From assembly GCF_009831105.1 (NCBI RefSeq), contig NZ_WUUQ01000002.1, positions 690,001-722,000 on the forward strand: 32,000 bases of DNA, written 5' to 3'. Under the pieces are notes generated by a model, which saw nothing but the letters and a program-made list of their open reading frames with translations, was not told where the DNA came from and did not search any database. This document shows positions 16,772 through 25,695 of this stretch, piece after piece. Origin of the DNA: Copranaerobaculum intestinale. Its GTDB lineage: Bacteria > Bacillota_I > Bacilli_A > Erysipelotrichales > Erysipelotrichaceae. The number at the start of each line of letters is the position of its first letter. Within the stretch, counting starts at the first letter, position 1. The translations under genes were made by a program, and so were the position numbers.

Positions 16772-17503
16772 TTATTTCGGTGATTCCGTTTCCCGATAAT
16801 CCTGATCGATCAGAAAGCCTTCTTCGGCATAGCGGCCATTCAGATAATTCAAACTATCCTTACGGTTCTGCTCCGCTTTTTTCAGCGAAAAATCAGCGAC
16901 GATCTGTTTCTTATCATATTCAATAGACTGCATGATCTTCATCATTGCAGTTACTGCCGGCTTTATTTCTGCTGCGGGAATCAGCGCGTAGAAATCCACG
17001 ATTGTTCCATTTAAATGAAGCAGATACTGCTTTCCATCTAAGGTCTGAATAAAAAGCTCATAGGGAAAATATTGATTATTACCATTTTTATAAATTCCCT
17101 GATACTGCATATTTCCGCTTTTATCCTTTTTCATCGTAATGCTTTGTTTTTGCTGCTTGCTCACCGACGTAAGCGATAAGCTTTTTGATTTACTAGACTG
17201 TTCTTTTTTATCTAATTCTCCATTTAAATAAAAACGGTCAATGATGATTGCCGAAGCATTGAAATTCATGATAATTTCAAACCCATCCTTACGGAAAACC
17301 TCACTAAGCGGGGTACTTTCTTTTTTTCCTACCTCGCCGGGAAGATAGTAATTATAATATTTTTTTGTCATGGTTGCGGTAGGTCTGGCATGATTCTGCG
17401 TGCTCTTTTTCAGTAAACTGCGTATTGCATCGCTGTCAATATCCACGCGGGCACAGCCGCTTAGAAGCAATAGTACAGCACTGAGAAGCAAGGCTTTTTT
17501 CAT
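16772..17503 (-). CDS. Lipoprotein of unknown function
   Basis: MKKALLLSAVLLLLSG|CARVD lipobox. AAGGAGGGA SD. Confidence 0.7.
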   Translation of the reverse strand: MKKALLLSAVLLLLSGCARVDIDSDAIRSLLKKSTQNHARPTATMTKKYYNYYLPGEVGKKESTPLSEVFRKDGFEIIMNFNASAIIIDRFYLNGELDKKEQSSKSKSLSLTSVSKQQKQSITMKKDKSGNMQYQGIYKNGNNQYFPYELFIQTLDGKQYLLHLNGTIVDFYALIPAAEIKPAVTAMMKIMQSIEYDKKQIVADFSLKKAEQNRKDSLNYLNGRYAEEGFLIDQDYRETESPK

Positions 17504-17541
17504 GTCATCCCTCCTTTAAAAAACTTCATATATCTTGTTTT

Positions 17542-17550
17542 ATTATATCA
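17542..17550 (-). promoter_or_regulatory. Extended -10 promoter (TGATATAAT) of the lipoprotein-ytpP-ytpR-murC operon
   Basis: Minus strand reads AATGATATAATAAAACAAG...AAAGGAGGGATGACATG. Confidence 0.4.
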
Positions 17551-17583
17551 TTATTTTTTATGAAATAATCAATAAAATAACAA

Positions 17584-17603
17584 ATCTGCCTATTCAGGCA
17601 GAT
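17584..17603 (-). terminator. Terminator hairpin after trmB
   Basis: ATCTGCC (17584-17590) pairs with GGCAGAT (17597-17603) and overlaps the TAG stop. It is followed by TTGTTATTTTATT on the minus strand. Confidence 0.5.
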
Positions 17604-18249
17604 CATGATTGTGACTTGGCACATTCCATATTGCACGATAGATTGGCTGGCCTTTTTCCATAAAGCGACGTTCGTATTCTGTAATGACATCTTCATCATG
17701 TGGTTCACGGCGAAAATCAACGCTGACATCGTAAAGCTCCCAGCCCTCTGCCGCAAATTCCAGCAGACTGTATTCAAACAGCGCGCTGTTATCTGTTTTC
17801 ATAATAATTTGCCCCTTATCGCTTAAAATCCGCTCATATTTTTTCAGAAAACGGCTGTTGGACAAACGGCGCTTGGTCGTTCGTTTCTTGGGCCAGGGAT
17901 CCGAGAAATTCAGATGAATGGCATCTACTTCGCCCGTTTCAAACCAGGCGTCGATCTGCTCTGCATCACCCCATATAAAGCTCATAGCTTCACTGTGCAT
18001 CGATTCTTCAAACTTGCGGACGCTCAAGCCAGCCGCACTTTCATTTTTTTCGATACCGATCCAGCCGATCTGAGGATACAGAACTCCCATACCGACCCAG
18101 TAATCACCTTTGCCGCAGCCAATCTCAACATGAAGTGTTTCACAATTCAGCTGCTGTTTCCATCGTCCCGCAAGCTGAGCAGGTTCATGTGCAACCACCT
18201 CTGCCTGCATCAGCAGATTGTGAGCCCATTTCAGTTTACGCATTCTCAT
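17590..18249 (-). CDS. trmB: tRNA (guanine46-N7)-methyltransferase
   Basis: 219 aa. VEIGCGKGDY (SAM motif), NFSDPWPKKRTTKRRL. Confidence 0.9.
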   Translation of the reverse strand: MRMRKLKWAHNLLMQAEVVAHEPAQLAGRWKQQLNCETLHVEIGCGKGDYWVGMGVLYPQIGWIGIEKNESAAGLSVRKFEESMHSEAMSFIWGDAEQIDAWFETGEVDAIHLNFSDPWPKKRTTKRRLSNSRFLKKYERILSDKGQIIMKTDNSALFEYSLLEFAAEGWELYDVSVDFRREPHDEDVITEYERRFMEKGQPIYRAIWNVPSHNHDLPE

Positions 18250-18252
18250 CGA

Positions 18253-19653
18253 TTATGCACCTGCCAGTTTTTCCAAGGCTGCCGCATAAATACCAATAGA
18301 AAGCATCAATTCATCTAAATGAACGCCTTCGTCTTCCTGATGCGGTCCGCCAACAAAAATATCTGACGGCTTTGGATTTGGAAACTCCGGACCATACGCA
18401 ACAAAATTATCGAAATTACGGGCATATGTACCGCCGCCGATAGTCATGATCGGCGTGAATTGATCTTGACTGTAAGCACGATATGTATCCTCCAGTGTTT
18501 TCACCAGCTTTGAATTCGGATCGACATACAAAGGCGCCTTGTCATTGCCAAGAGTTAAATCAAATGTCAAATTCTCTGCATCCAGCTTATCACGAATACC
18601 TTTTAAGATCGTATCCTTATCCGTATCGTTTGGATAACGGATATCAATTACGACATGTATGCCATTCTCATCCAGCTCCACGACACCTGTATTCATGGTT
18701 AAAAAGCCCATAACGGCTCCTTCTTTATAAATATCGCATGGTTTCCCCTGCCAGTCGCAAAGGGTTTCATACAGACTATTGCATGTCTTATCATGAAAAG
18801 CCGTACCGACAAAATTCAGGATATGCAACGCCGCATTGACGCCTAGATACGGCATTGCCGCATGAGCTGCCTTTCCTTCCACAAAGATATGCGCACGCTC
18901 CTGATCAAGCTGTTCTACATGACCTTTAAGCTGATTCGTATCCAAATAGAATTGAAATACACTGTTCATATGAGCATTCCAGCCGCGGATGATCGCATCT
19001 GCTTTGCCAATGACAATATTGGGACGCTCACCGGCATGTATCGATTCAATTACCGTTTTTTGTTTGCCCTTCAAATCGACCACCAAAATACCTTTTTCTC
19101 CATAGATCAATGGAAAATTCGCATCGGGTACAAATCCCATGGTCGGAATCTCTGCATGTTCTTTATAGTAATGCATACAAGCCATTCCGCTTTCTTCATC
19201 ACAGCCGTAGATCAGCATAATCTTACGCTTCAAAGGAATCTTGCTGTCTTTGATCAGCTTCAACGCATAAAAGCCAGCCAGTCCCGGACCCTTGTCATCC
19301 AATACGCCGCGGCCAAACATAATGCCATTTTCAATTTCACCGCCCAGCGGATCTTTACTCCAGCCCTCACCAATCGGAACAATATCCAGATGTCCTAAGA
19401 CTCCGACGCTTTCTTCCCCTTCTCCAAATTCGATCACGCCGGCATAGCCATCGATATCCTTTACCGTAAAGCCTTCCCGGCGGCCCATTTCCAGCATCGT
19501 ATCCAGTGCATCCCGACAGCCTTTGCCAAACGGCATGCCTTTCGCTGCCTCTGCTTCATTCTTCAAAGAAGGAATACGGATCAGGGAACGCAGATCCTCT
19601 ATAAAAGATGTTTCATATTGTTTTGCTTCATCTAACCATTTCACAGTCATCAC
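18253..19653 (-). CDS. pepV: M20-family dipeptidase (PepV/Sapep-like)
   Basis: 466 aa. GHLDIVPIGEGWSKDP, GRGVLDDKGP, DEESG. The ORF-track start 19653 is a GTG; the ATG at 19650 is an equally plausible start. Confidence 0.85.
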   Translation of the reverse strand: MMTVKWLDEAKQYETSFIEDLRSLIRIPSLKNEAEAAKGMPFGKGCRDALDTMLEMGRREGFTVKDIDGYAGVIEFGEGEESVGVLGHLDIVPIGEGWSKDPLGGEIENGIMFGRGVLDDKGPGLAGFYALKLIKDSKIPLKRKIMLIYGCDEESGMACMHYYKEHAEIPTMGFVPDANFPLIYGEKGILVVDLKGKQKTVIESIHAGERPNIVIGKADAIIRGWNAHMNSVFQFYLDTNQLKGHVEQLDQERAHIFVEGKAAHAAMPYLGVNAALHILNFVGTAFHDKTCNSLYETLCDWQGKPCDIYKEGAVMGFLTMNTGVVELDENGIHVVIDIRYPNDTDKDTILKGIRDKLDAENLTFDLTLGNDKAPLYVDPNSKLVKTLEDTYRAYSQDQFTPIMTIGGGTYARNFDNFVAYGPEFPNPKPSDIFVGGPHQEDEGVHLDELMLSIGIYAAALEKLAGA

Positions 19654-19664
19654 CTCTGGTGATT

Positions 19665-19673
19665 ATTCTACCA
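19665..19673 (-). promoter_or_regulatory. Extended -10 promoter (TGGTAGAAT) of pepV with a very short leader
   Basis: Minus strand reads TGTGGTAGAATAATCACCAGAGGTGATG. Confidence 0.45.
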
Positions 19674-19971
19674 CAAGTTATGCTTATACTCCAACGTGAT
19701 TACGATATTCTTGCATGCTTTTTTCAGCCTGTACCCTTCATACCGTAAAGCATCAAATTCCTGTGCCCGCCGATATATCTCATAAGCATTCAAATTTTGC
19801 CCGTAATATATACCCACAACAATATTGATTATTATACTTATGTCACCTTCCAAATACTAAATGATTAATACTGTATGATGTGCGCTGCCAATAAAGTTAT
19901 CTTCATCTTCATTCCTGTTGTATTTCTTTAGACTCATACATAATACAAGTAGATGCGGTTGAGATGTAAGC

Positions 19972-20004
19972 AGAGAAAAACGGATGCCGCTTGACATCCG
20001 TTTT
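19972..20004 (-). terminator. Rho-independent terminator of pnp
   Basis: A 9-bp stem, AAACGGATG (19978-19986) with CATCCGTTT (19995-20003), is followed by TTTTTCTC on the minus strand. Confidence 0.75.
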
Positions 20005-20006
20005 GA

Positions 20007-22214
20007 CTATTCTGCTGTTGGCTCACTGTCAGCAGGCTTTGTTTCTGCCTTTCCTTCGCTGCCATCTGCTTTCGTTTCTTTATGTTCACGCTTTGGTCTT
20101 TCTAAAAGCGCCTTGCGGGAAACATTGACTCTTCCCTTCTCATCAATTTCTGTAACTTTTACTTTTACAATATCACCGAGCTTCAGTACATCTTCTACTT
20201 TTTCAACTCGTTCATGAGCGATCTTAGACACATGAAGCAGTCCATCCGTTCCCGGGAACAGGTTGACAAACGCACCAAATTTTTCAATACGGACAACTTT
20301 TCCTTCGTATACTTCACCAACTTTTGCTTCTTTTGTCAAATCATCGATCATCTGAGCAGCTTTCTTAACTGCGTTCATATCCTGATGATAGATAACCACC
20401 TGACCGTCATCCTCAATATCGATCTTCACATCGTCACAGGCTGCAATAATCTGATTGATCATCTTACCATTAGGCCCGATAACATCGCGAATCTTATCTA
20501 CTGGAATCATCATCTTGAAGATCTTAGGTGCAAATTCGCCTACTTCTGGACGCGGTTCGCTAATTGCATTCAGCATATTTTCCAGAATCTGCGCGCGGGC
20601 AGTCTTTGCCTGAGCCAGTGCTTCTTCAAAGATATCCTTTGTAATGCCGTTGACCTTGATATCCATCTGCAGCGCAGTAATGCCTGCCGTCGTTCCGGCT
20701 ACTTTAAAGTCCATGTCGCCAAAGTGATCCTCCATGCCTTGAATATCCGTCAATACTGTGTAGCGATTGGAAGCCTCATCCATGATCAATCCCATCGCAA
20801 TTCCGGCAACCGGAGCCTTGATTGGAACACCGGCTGCCATCAAAGACATCGTTCCGGCACAGATCGAAGCCTGTGAAGAAGAACCGTTGGATTCCAGCAC
20901 CTCTGCAACAACACGGATCGTGTAAGGAAATTCCTCCAGCGTTGGCAATACCTGAGAAAGCGCCCGCTCGCCCAGTGCACCATGACCGATTTCTCTGCGT
21001 CCCGGTGACCCCATGCGACCGGTTTCCCCTACTGAATACGGCGGGAAGTTATAGTGATGCATGAAACGCTTTGTTTCAACCTCTGTCAGATCATCAATGA
21101 TCTGATTGTCATTGATAGCACCCAAGGTCGTAACGCTCAGCACCTGCGTTTCACCACGGGTGAACAGAGCACTACCATGTGCTCTCGGCAAAATATCCAC
21201 CTGTGAGTTCAATGGACGGATTTCGTCAATTTTGCGTCCGTCCGGACGAATCTTATCTTCAATGATCAGACGGCGTACTTCATCCGCTTCTATACCATGA
21301 CAGATTTCTTTTACCTGTTTCAGCACTTTTGCTTTCGTGCTGTCATCTTCATATGTTTTAGCTTCGAAAACCGCAATCGCTTCTTCCGTCAGCTCGTCGA
21401 TCTTATTGTAGCGTTCCAGCTTACCCTCGATCGATACCGCGGCGCGGATTTTCGCCTCAAAGCTCGTTCGAACTTCCTTATCAATTTCTTCATCAACGCT
21501 GTACAGCTTGATTTCACGTTTTTCTTTGCCGGCAGCGGCCACGATTTCCTCCTGGAACGCAACCAGTTTTTTGATATGCTCATGTCCAAACATAATCGCA
21601 CCGAGCATTGCTTCTTCGCTGACTTCTTTTGCGCCGGCCTCCACCATGTTAACCGCGTATTTAGTACCGGCAACCGTTAAATGAATATCACTTCGCTCCT
21701 GCTGCTCATTGGTCGGATTGATAACATATTCTCCGTCAACGCGTCCAACGATCACGCCGGCAATCGGTCCATTAAATGGAATATCCGATACACACAGTGC
21801 CAAAGAAGCACCAAACATCGCCGTCATTTCCGGAGTACGATCCTGATCAACGGATAATACCGTATTCACGACCTGAACTTCGTTTCGGAATCCGTCAGCG
21901 AACAGCGGACGAATCGGCCGATCGATCATGCGTGCCGTTAAGGTCGCATGCTCACTCGGTCTTCCTTCACGACGCAAAAAACCGCCGGGAATCTTACCTA
22001 CTGAATACAATTTTTCTTCAAACGTAACAGTCAGCGGAAAGAAATCAAGTCCTTCCTTGGCTGTTTTACTGGCAGTCGCCGCTGATAATACGACGGTATC
22101 ATCATAACGTACAAGCACGGACCCTCCGGCTTGCTTTGCGATTTCTCCAGTTTCTACTGTGAGCTTCCTCCCACAGAAATCTAAACGAAATACTTGTTTA
22201 GCCAATGTCTTCAC
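20007..22214 (-). CDS. pnp: Polyribonucleotide nucleotidyltransferase (PNPase)
   Basis: 735 aa with two RNase PH domains, KH and S1 ([20 protein letters not shown]). The Lys/Glu-rich C-terminal tail is longer than usual. Confidence 0.96.
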   Translation of the reverse strand: MKTLAKQVFRLDFCGRKLTVETGEIAKQAGGSVLVRYDDTVVLSAATASKTAKEGLDFFPLTVTFEEKLYSVGKIPGGFLRREGRPSEHATLTARMIDRPIRPLFADGFRNEVQVVNTVLSVDQDRTPEMTAMFGASLALCVSDIPFNGPIAGVIVGRVDGEYVINPTNEQQERSDIHLTVAGTKYAVNMVEAGAKEVSEEAMLGAIMFGHEHIKKLVAFQEEIVAAAGKEKREIKLYSVDEEIDKEVRTSFEAKIRAAVSIEGKLERYNKIDELTEEAIAVFEAKTYEDDSTKAKVLKQVKEICHGIEADEVRRLIIEDKIRPDGRKIDEIRPLNSQVDILPRAHGSALFTRGETQVLSVTTLGAINDNQIIDDLTEVETKRFMHHYNFPPYSVGETGRMGSPGRREIGHGALGERALSQVLPTLEEFPYTIRVVAEVLESNGSSSQASICAGTMSLMAAGVPIKAPVAGIAMGLIMDEASNRYTVLTDIQGMEDHFGDMDFKVAGTTAGITALQMDIKVNGITKDIFEEALAQAKTARAQILENMLNAISEPRPEVGEFAPKIFKMMIPVDKIRDVIGPNGKMINQIIAACDDVKIDIEDDGQVVIYHQDMNAVKKAAQMIDDLTKEAKVGEVYEGKVVRIEKFGAFVNLFPGTDGLLHVSKIAHERVEKVEDVLKLGDIVKVKVTEIDEKGRVNVSRKALLERPKREHKETKADGSEGKAETKPADSEPTAE

Positions 22215-22305
22215 CTCATTTTACAATTTTATCTATACAATCATAGCATAATTCCCACGATAAAGAAATGATTTTCGAATCCTTTCCTAATCACTGTGAT
22301 AGCCA

Positions 22306-22330
22306 TAAAAAAACTCCCGAGCGGGAGTTC
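22306..22330 (-). terminator. Terminator or attenuator between rpsO and pnp
   Basis: AACTCCC (22312-22318) pairs with GGGAGTT (22323-22329). It is followed by T7 on the minus strand. Confidence 0.7.
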
Positions 22331-22332
22331 TC

Positions 22333-22599
22333 TTATTTACGCAGACCTAAGCGAGCGATCAGGTTCTTGTAACGTTCCAGATCATTCTCTTTTAAGTAAG
22401 CCAGCAGATTGCGGCGGCGTCCTACCATTTTCATCAGACCGCGCTGTGAATGATAGTCGTGCTTGTGTTCTTTCATGTGTTCAGTCAGACGATTGATCTG
22501 TGCAGTCAGCACTGCAACCTGTACTTCAACAGAACCAGTGTCGCCTTCCGTACGGGCATACTCTTTCATGATAGCCTGTTTTTCTTTTTTCAATAACAT
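22333..22599 (-). CDS. rpsO: 30S ribosomal protein S15
   Basis: 88 aa. [37 protein letters not shown]. Confidence 0.96.
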   Translation of the reverse strand: MLLKKEKQAIMKEYARTEGDTGSVEVQVAVLTAQINRLTEHMKEHKHDYHSQRGLMKMVGRRRNLLAYLKENDLERYKNLIARLGLRK

Positions 22600-22709
22600 G
22601 TCTATTTCCTCCTATTAATTAGACCTTCCGTACCGAGTGATCGGTTGAGGATTCCTGATTCCCAGTACAAAAGCGTAATCAGTATAGCATGATACGGCAT
22701 TGAAAACAA
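22600..22709 (-). promoter_or_regulatory. rpsO promoter plus ~75-nt leader (possible S15 autoregulatory structure)
   Basis: TTGTTT (22709-22704), 17-nt spacer, TGcTATACT (-10 at 22686-22681). The leader can pair GUACUG with CGGUAC, or alternatively form ACCGA-UCAC-UCGGU. The regulatory role is inferred from other Bacillota only. Confidence 0.4.
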
Positions 22710-22754
22710 GGGATAATTTACTTGAAAGATGCTTTCTTGATCGAAGCTTTGCGG

Positions 22755-22760
22755 TATAAT
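22755..22760 (+). promoter_or_regulatory. -10 element (TATAAT) upstream of the only plus-strand gene
   Basis: TATAAT lies 22 nt upstream of ATG 22783, with the AGAGGTGA SD in between. No convincing -35 element. Confidence 0.35.
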
Positions 22761-22782
22761 AAAAAATGAAAGAGGTGATTGT

Positions 22783-23649
22783 ATGAAAATCGCATGGATT
22801 GGAACCGGCGTTATGGGAAAAGCGATGCTTCAGCATCTATTTGCAGCGGGACATGAGGTGTATGCCTATAACCGCACCTTGGAAAAAGCAGCTGATCTGA
22901 AAGCAAAGGGGATATCTGTATGTTCAACGATTGAAACTTGTGTAGCCCAAAAGGATGTCGTATTTACGATGGTCGGCTACCCTGAGGATGTCGAGGAAAT
23001 CTATTTCGGTAAAGACGGCATTCTCACACATGCAAAACCGGGCGCTCTGCTGATCGATATGACCACATCCTCGCCGAAGCTTGCAATAAAGATTGCGGCT
23101 TCAGCCAAGGATTTTCAAGTTTTAGATGCCCCGGTATCCGGCGGAGATAGTGGAGCCCGCAACGCTGCTTTATCCATTATGGTAGGCGGTGAGAAGGAAG
23201 CCTTTTTGGCGGCCAAGCCGCTCTTTGAAACAATGGGTACCAATATTTGTTATATGGGGCCATCCGGCAGCGGACAGCACACCAAAGCAGCTAACCAGAT
23301 CGCCGTAGCCGGAGCAACTGCCGCCATGAGCGAAGCTCTTTACTATACCGAGCAGGCAGGCTTAAATCCTGAGCAGGTTCTGGCTGCTATTACCAAGGGC
23401 GCAGCCGGAAGCTGGCAGTTAACCAACATGGCACCTCGGGTGTTAAAGGAAGACTTCGCGCCGGGATTCTATATCAAGCATTTCATAAAGGATATGCATA
23501 TTGTGCAGGATGTTATGAATGAACATCATATTCATCTGGAAATGCTGGATACTGTCTGCTCCATGTATGAGGATATGATGGTAAACGGAATGGGCAATGA
23601 AGGTACACAATCTCTCATCAAGTATTATCAAAAAGCAAAAGAAAAGTGA
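22783..23649 (+). CDS. NAD(P)-dependent beta-hydroxyacid dehydrogenase family oxidoreductase (3-hydroxyisobutyrate / tartronate semialdehyde reductase-like)
   Basis: 288 aa. MKIAWIGTGVMGKAM (Rossmann), LDAPVSGG, GSGQHTKAANQI. Confidence 0.85.
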   Translation: MKIAWIGTGVMGKAMLQHLFAAGHEVYAYNRTLEKAADLKAKGISVCSTIETCVAQKDVVFTMVGYPEDVEEIYFGKDGILTHAKPGALLIDMTTSSPKLAIKIAASAKDFQVLDAPVSGGDSGARNAALSIMVGGEKEAFLAAKPLFETMGTNICYMGPSGSGQHTKAANQIAVAGATAAMSEALYYTEQAGLNPEQVLAAITKGAAGSWQLTNMAPRVLKEDFAPGFYIKHFIKDMHIVQDVMNEHHIHLEMLDTVCSMYEDMMVNGMGNEGTQSLIKYYQKAKEK

Positions 23650-23673
23650 TCATGCCGGTATGATCATTTTTTT
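23647..23673 (+). terminator. Rho-independent terminator of the dehydrogenase gene
   Basis: TGATCAT (23647-23653) pairs with ATGATCA (23660-23666) and is followed by T7. Confidence 0.7.
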
Positions 23674-23770
23674 ATGAGCCGCTTTTCCTAATTCTCTCTT
23701 TTTAATGTTAATCCAAAATATCGCTGGCGGATCCTTTATACTCATAAAAACATATGCATCTAACGTCAAT

Positions 23771-23795
23771 AAAAAAAGCACAAAATGTGCTTTTT
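23771..23795 (-). terminator. Rho-independent terminator of hemW
   Basis: AAAGCACA (23775-23782) pairs with TGTGCTTT (23786-23793). A T7 run follows on the minus strand. The hairpin abuts the hemW stop codon (23794-23796). Confidence 0.7.
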
Positions 23796-24885
23796 ACAGG
23801 AATTCTAACAGTACGTCATTCAAAAAATGTAAACCGTGATCGGTTGCGCGAAGATGACGATGACATTCGTAAAGCTCCCCTTTTTTTATATTTATTTCTT
23901 TGGCCTGCTTGAACACATCATCAAACGATACGTGAAAAGCATCTTCAAAAGCCTGATATGAGAGTCCTTCCTTCAGACGAAGCCCCATCATGACCATTTC
24001 AAACATTTCATCCTTTTGGGACAGCGTGATCCAGGAAGGCTCCTGTTCTCCTTTTATATACGCATGCAAATTCTTCGGCATGTCATAGCGCTGATGATCC
24101 AGCTTTCCGCTGGCGCCGCATCCAATTCCATAGAAATCATGGTAATACCAATACTGCTTATTATGCATGCTTTCATATCCCGAACGGGCAAAACTGCTGA
24201 TTTCATATTGATGAAATCCTTTATTCTCCAGTATCTGAATCGCTTTATCATACATTTCGCCTTCCAATGTCGGATCGATATTGGTAACACCCATTCGCCC
24301 GAATGCACTATGCTCTTCTATCGTCAGGGCATACAGCGAAATATGTGTGATCGGCAGGGCTGCAGCCTGTAATAAATCCGCTTCCCACATTGCCATAGTC
24401 TGGGTTGGAAGACCATAGATCAAATCGATCGAAATATTGTGTATTCCTACCTTTTTTAAATCCTGAATTGCATTTACAACATCATTTGTTCGATGACAGC
24501 GATTCATCATATGCAGTAAATCCGGATGAAAACTCTGTACGCCCATTGATATACGGTTCACGCCCGCTGTATGCATGCAGCTGATTTTATTGGCATGCAG
24601 CGATTCTACATTGACTTCAACCGTATATTCTTCCACACTTTGCCGGTAAGGCTTAAGCAGTTGAAACAGAGCTTCCAGCTGATCTGACTGTAAGCTTGTG
24701 GGAGTTCCGCCACCGATGTAAAGGGTTTTTAAATCAGTACTGGGCTGCTGTTTGGCAAGATCGAGCTTCAGCGCTTCCAGATACTGATCACTCAAGCCGC
24801 GATGATAGCCACAGCGGAAAAAATCACAATACGCACATATGGCATCACAAAATGGAATATGCACATACATTGACTGCGCCATCAT
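23794..24885 (-). CDS. hemW: Radical SAM heme chaperone HemW (HemN-like, oxygen-independent coproporphyrinogen oxidase family)
   Basis: 363 aa. YVHIPFCDAICAYCDF (CxxxCxxC). AAGGAGGT SD. Confidence 0.9.
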   Translation of the reverse strand: MMAQSMYVHIPFCDAICAYCDFFRCGYHRGLSDQYLEALKLDLAKQQPSTDLKTLYIGGGTPTSLQSDQLEALFQLLKPYRQSVEEYTVEVNVESLHANKISCMHTAGVNRISMGVQSFHPDLLHMMNRCHRTNDVVNAIQDLKKVGIHNISIDLIYGLPTQTMAMWEADLLQAAALPITHISLYALTIEEHSAFGRMGVTNIDPTLEGEMYDKAIQILENKGFHQYEISSFARSGYESMHNKQYWYYHDFYGIGCGASGKLDHQRYDMPKNLHAYIKGEQEPSWITLSQKDEMFEMVMMGLRLKEGLSYQAFEDAFHVSFDDVFKQAKEINIKKGELYECHRHLRATDHGLHFLNDVLLEFL

Positions 24886-24895
24886 CTAACCTCCT

Positions 24896-25642
24896 TTACA
24901 AATTTCCTATATCATCTTTCTCTTTTTCCTTTAAACGCATTCGATTATGGATGAAATAGACAAGTGCCTTGCAGGTTGGCTTCTCCAATACTCCGGTATG
25001 CAGCGATATCAGAGCAGGCTGTTCCTTATAAGCCCTTGTGATTGCCGTACGGATTGACTTTTCCACGCGGGTATACGTCGTACCGTGTTCCTTGGCTGTT
25101 TCTACCAGTATTTCTTTCATCGTTAAGCTGCAAAAAACCGGTTCACTCTTCAAATAAATCGCCGTTGTCAAATACTTGTGACCATTTAAATGAATAGGTA
25201 TTCCTTTTTGTTCCAGCAGACGTCCTACAAACGTCTTGATGTTATCCTTGATCGATTCTTCATACTGCTGAGTATCACTCTCTAAAGAAACAACATTAAA
25301 TATATCTTTGCACGTGTACGGTTTGATTAAAAAATTATCGATTTTATGCTTGATTGAGAAATGAACTGTCTTCCCATCTAATTCACTGTACAAAGCGATG
25401 ATATGTAAATCTTTCAGCTGATCATGATTACAAAGCTCCTCCATCAGAATTTCAGCTTTTTCCAAATTGATTTCAGGATTGATAATCAAAATATCCAAAT
25501 GAAGTGCCAACAGCTGATTAACGTCTTCCACAATCGTTGTAGAGGTACCTACCAGATTGCCGTTCTGGGTTTTGTTGATATTGATTAAAAATTCCTTAAT
25601 CAGATCCAGATCGTCTACACATAAGAAAATATTGTTAAGCAT
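24896..25642 (-). CDS. Spo0A-like regulator: degenerate receiver domain (Asn at the phospho-acceptor position) plus Spo0A_C-type DNA-binding domain
   Basis: 248 aa. The C-terminal half aligns by eye with B. subtilis Spo0A: GIPIHLNGHKYL vs GVPAHIKGYLYL, TTYTRVEKSIRTAITRAY vs TTASRVERAIRHAIEVAW, KPTCKALVYFIHNRMRL vs KPTNSEFIAMVADKLRL. Receiver: CVDD (acidic pair kept), DILIIN vs DVLVLD (Asn55, codon 25480-25478), LIKPY (Lys kept). Confidence 0.7.
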   Translation of the reverse strand: MLNNIFLCVDDLDLIKEFLININKTQNGNLVGTSTTIVEDVNQLLALHLDILIINPEINLEKAEILMEELCNHDQLKDLHIIALYSELDGKTVHFSIKHKIDNFLIKPYTCKDIFNVVSLESDTQQYEESIKDNIKTFVGRLLEQKGIPIHLNGHKYLTTAIYLKSEPVFCSLTMKEILVETAKEHGTTYTRVEKSIRTAITRAYKEQPALISLHTGVLEKPTCKALVYFIHNRMRLKEKEKDDIGNL

Positions 25643-25675
25643 TACCTGCGGTAAAACGATCTACTGCCTATGTAC

Positions 25676-25684
25676 ATTTTACCA
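25676..25684 (-). promoter_or_regulatory. Candidate extended -10 promoter (TGGTAAAAT) of the Spo0A-like gene
   Basis: Minus strand reads GAATGGTAAAATGTACAT, about 33 nt upstream of ATG 25642. The SD is weak (GCAGGT). Confidence 0.3.
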
Positions 25685-25695
25685 TTCTCCCTTCC

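Noticed and set aside
17526-17777. 83-aa minus-strand ORF overlapping the 3' end of trmB
   Set aside because: It is an alternative frame of a confidently assigned gene and runs through the trmB terminator and the next promoter. It has no SD.
19668-19853. 61-aa minus-strand ORF (contains GIYYG, superficially reminiscent of GIY-YIG)
   Set aside because: It has a TTG start with no SD and overlaps the pepV promoter. There is no second YIG element or downstream nuclease motifs. It is most likely non-coding or a decayed fragment.
22615-22836. 73-aa minus-strand ORF spanning the rpsO/dehydrogenase divergent promoter region
   Set aside because: It overlaps the start of the plus-strand dehydrogenase gene and the rpsO promoter and leader. 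It has no SD and an implausible composition.
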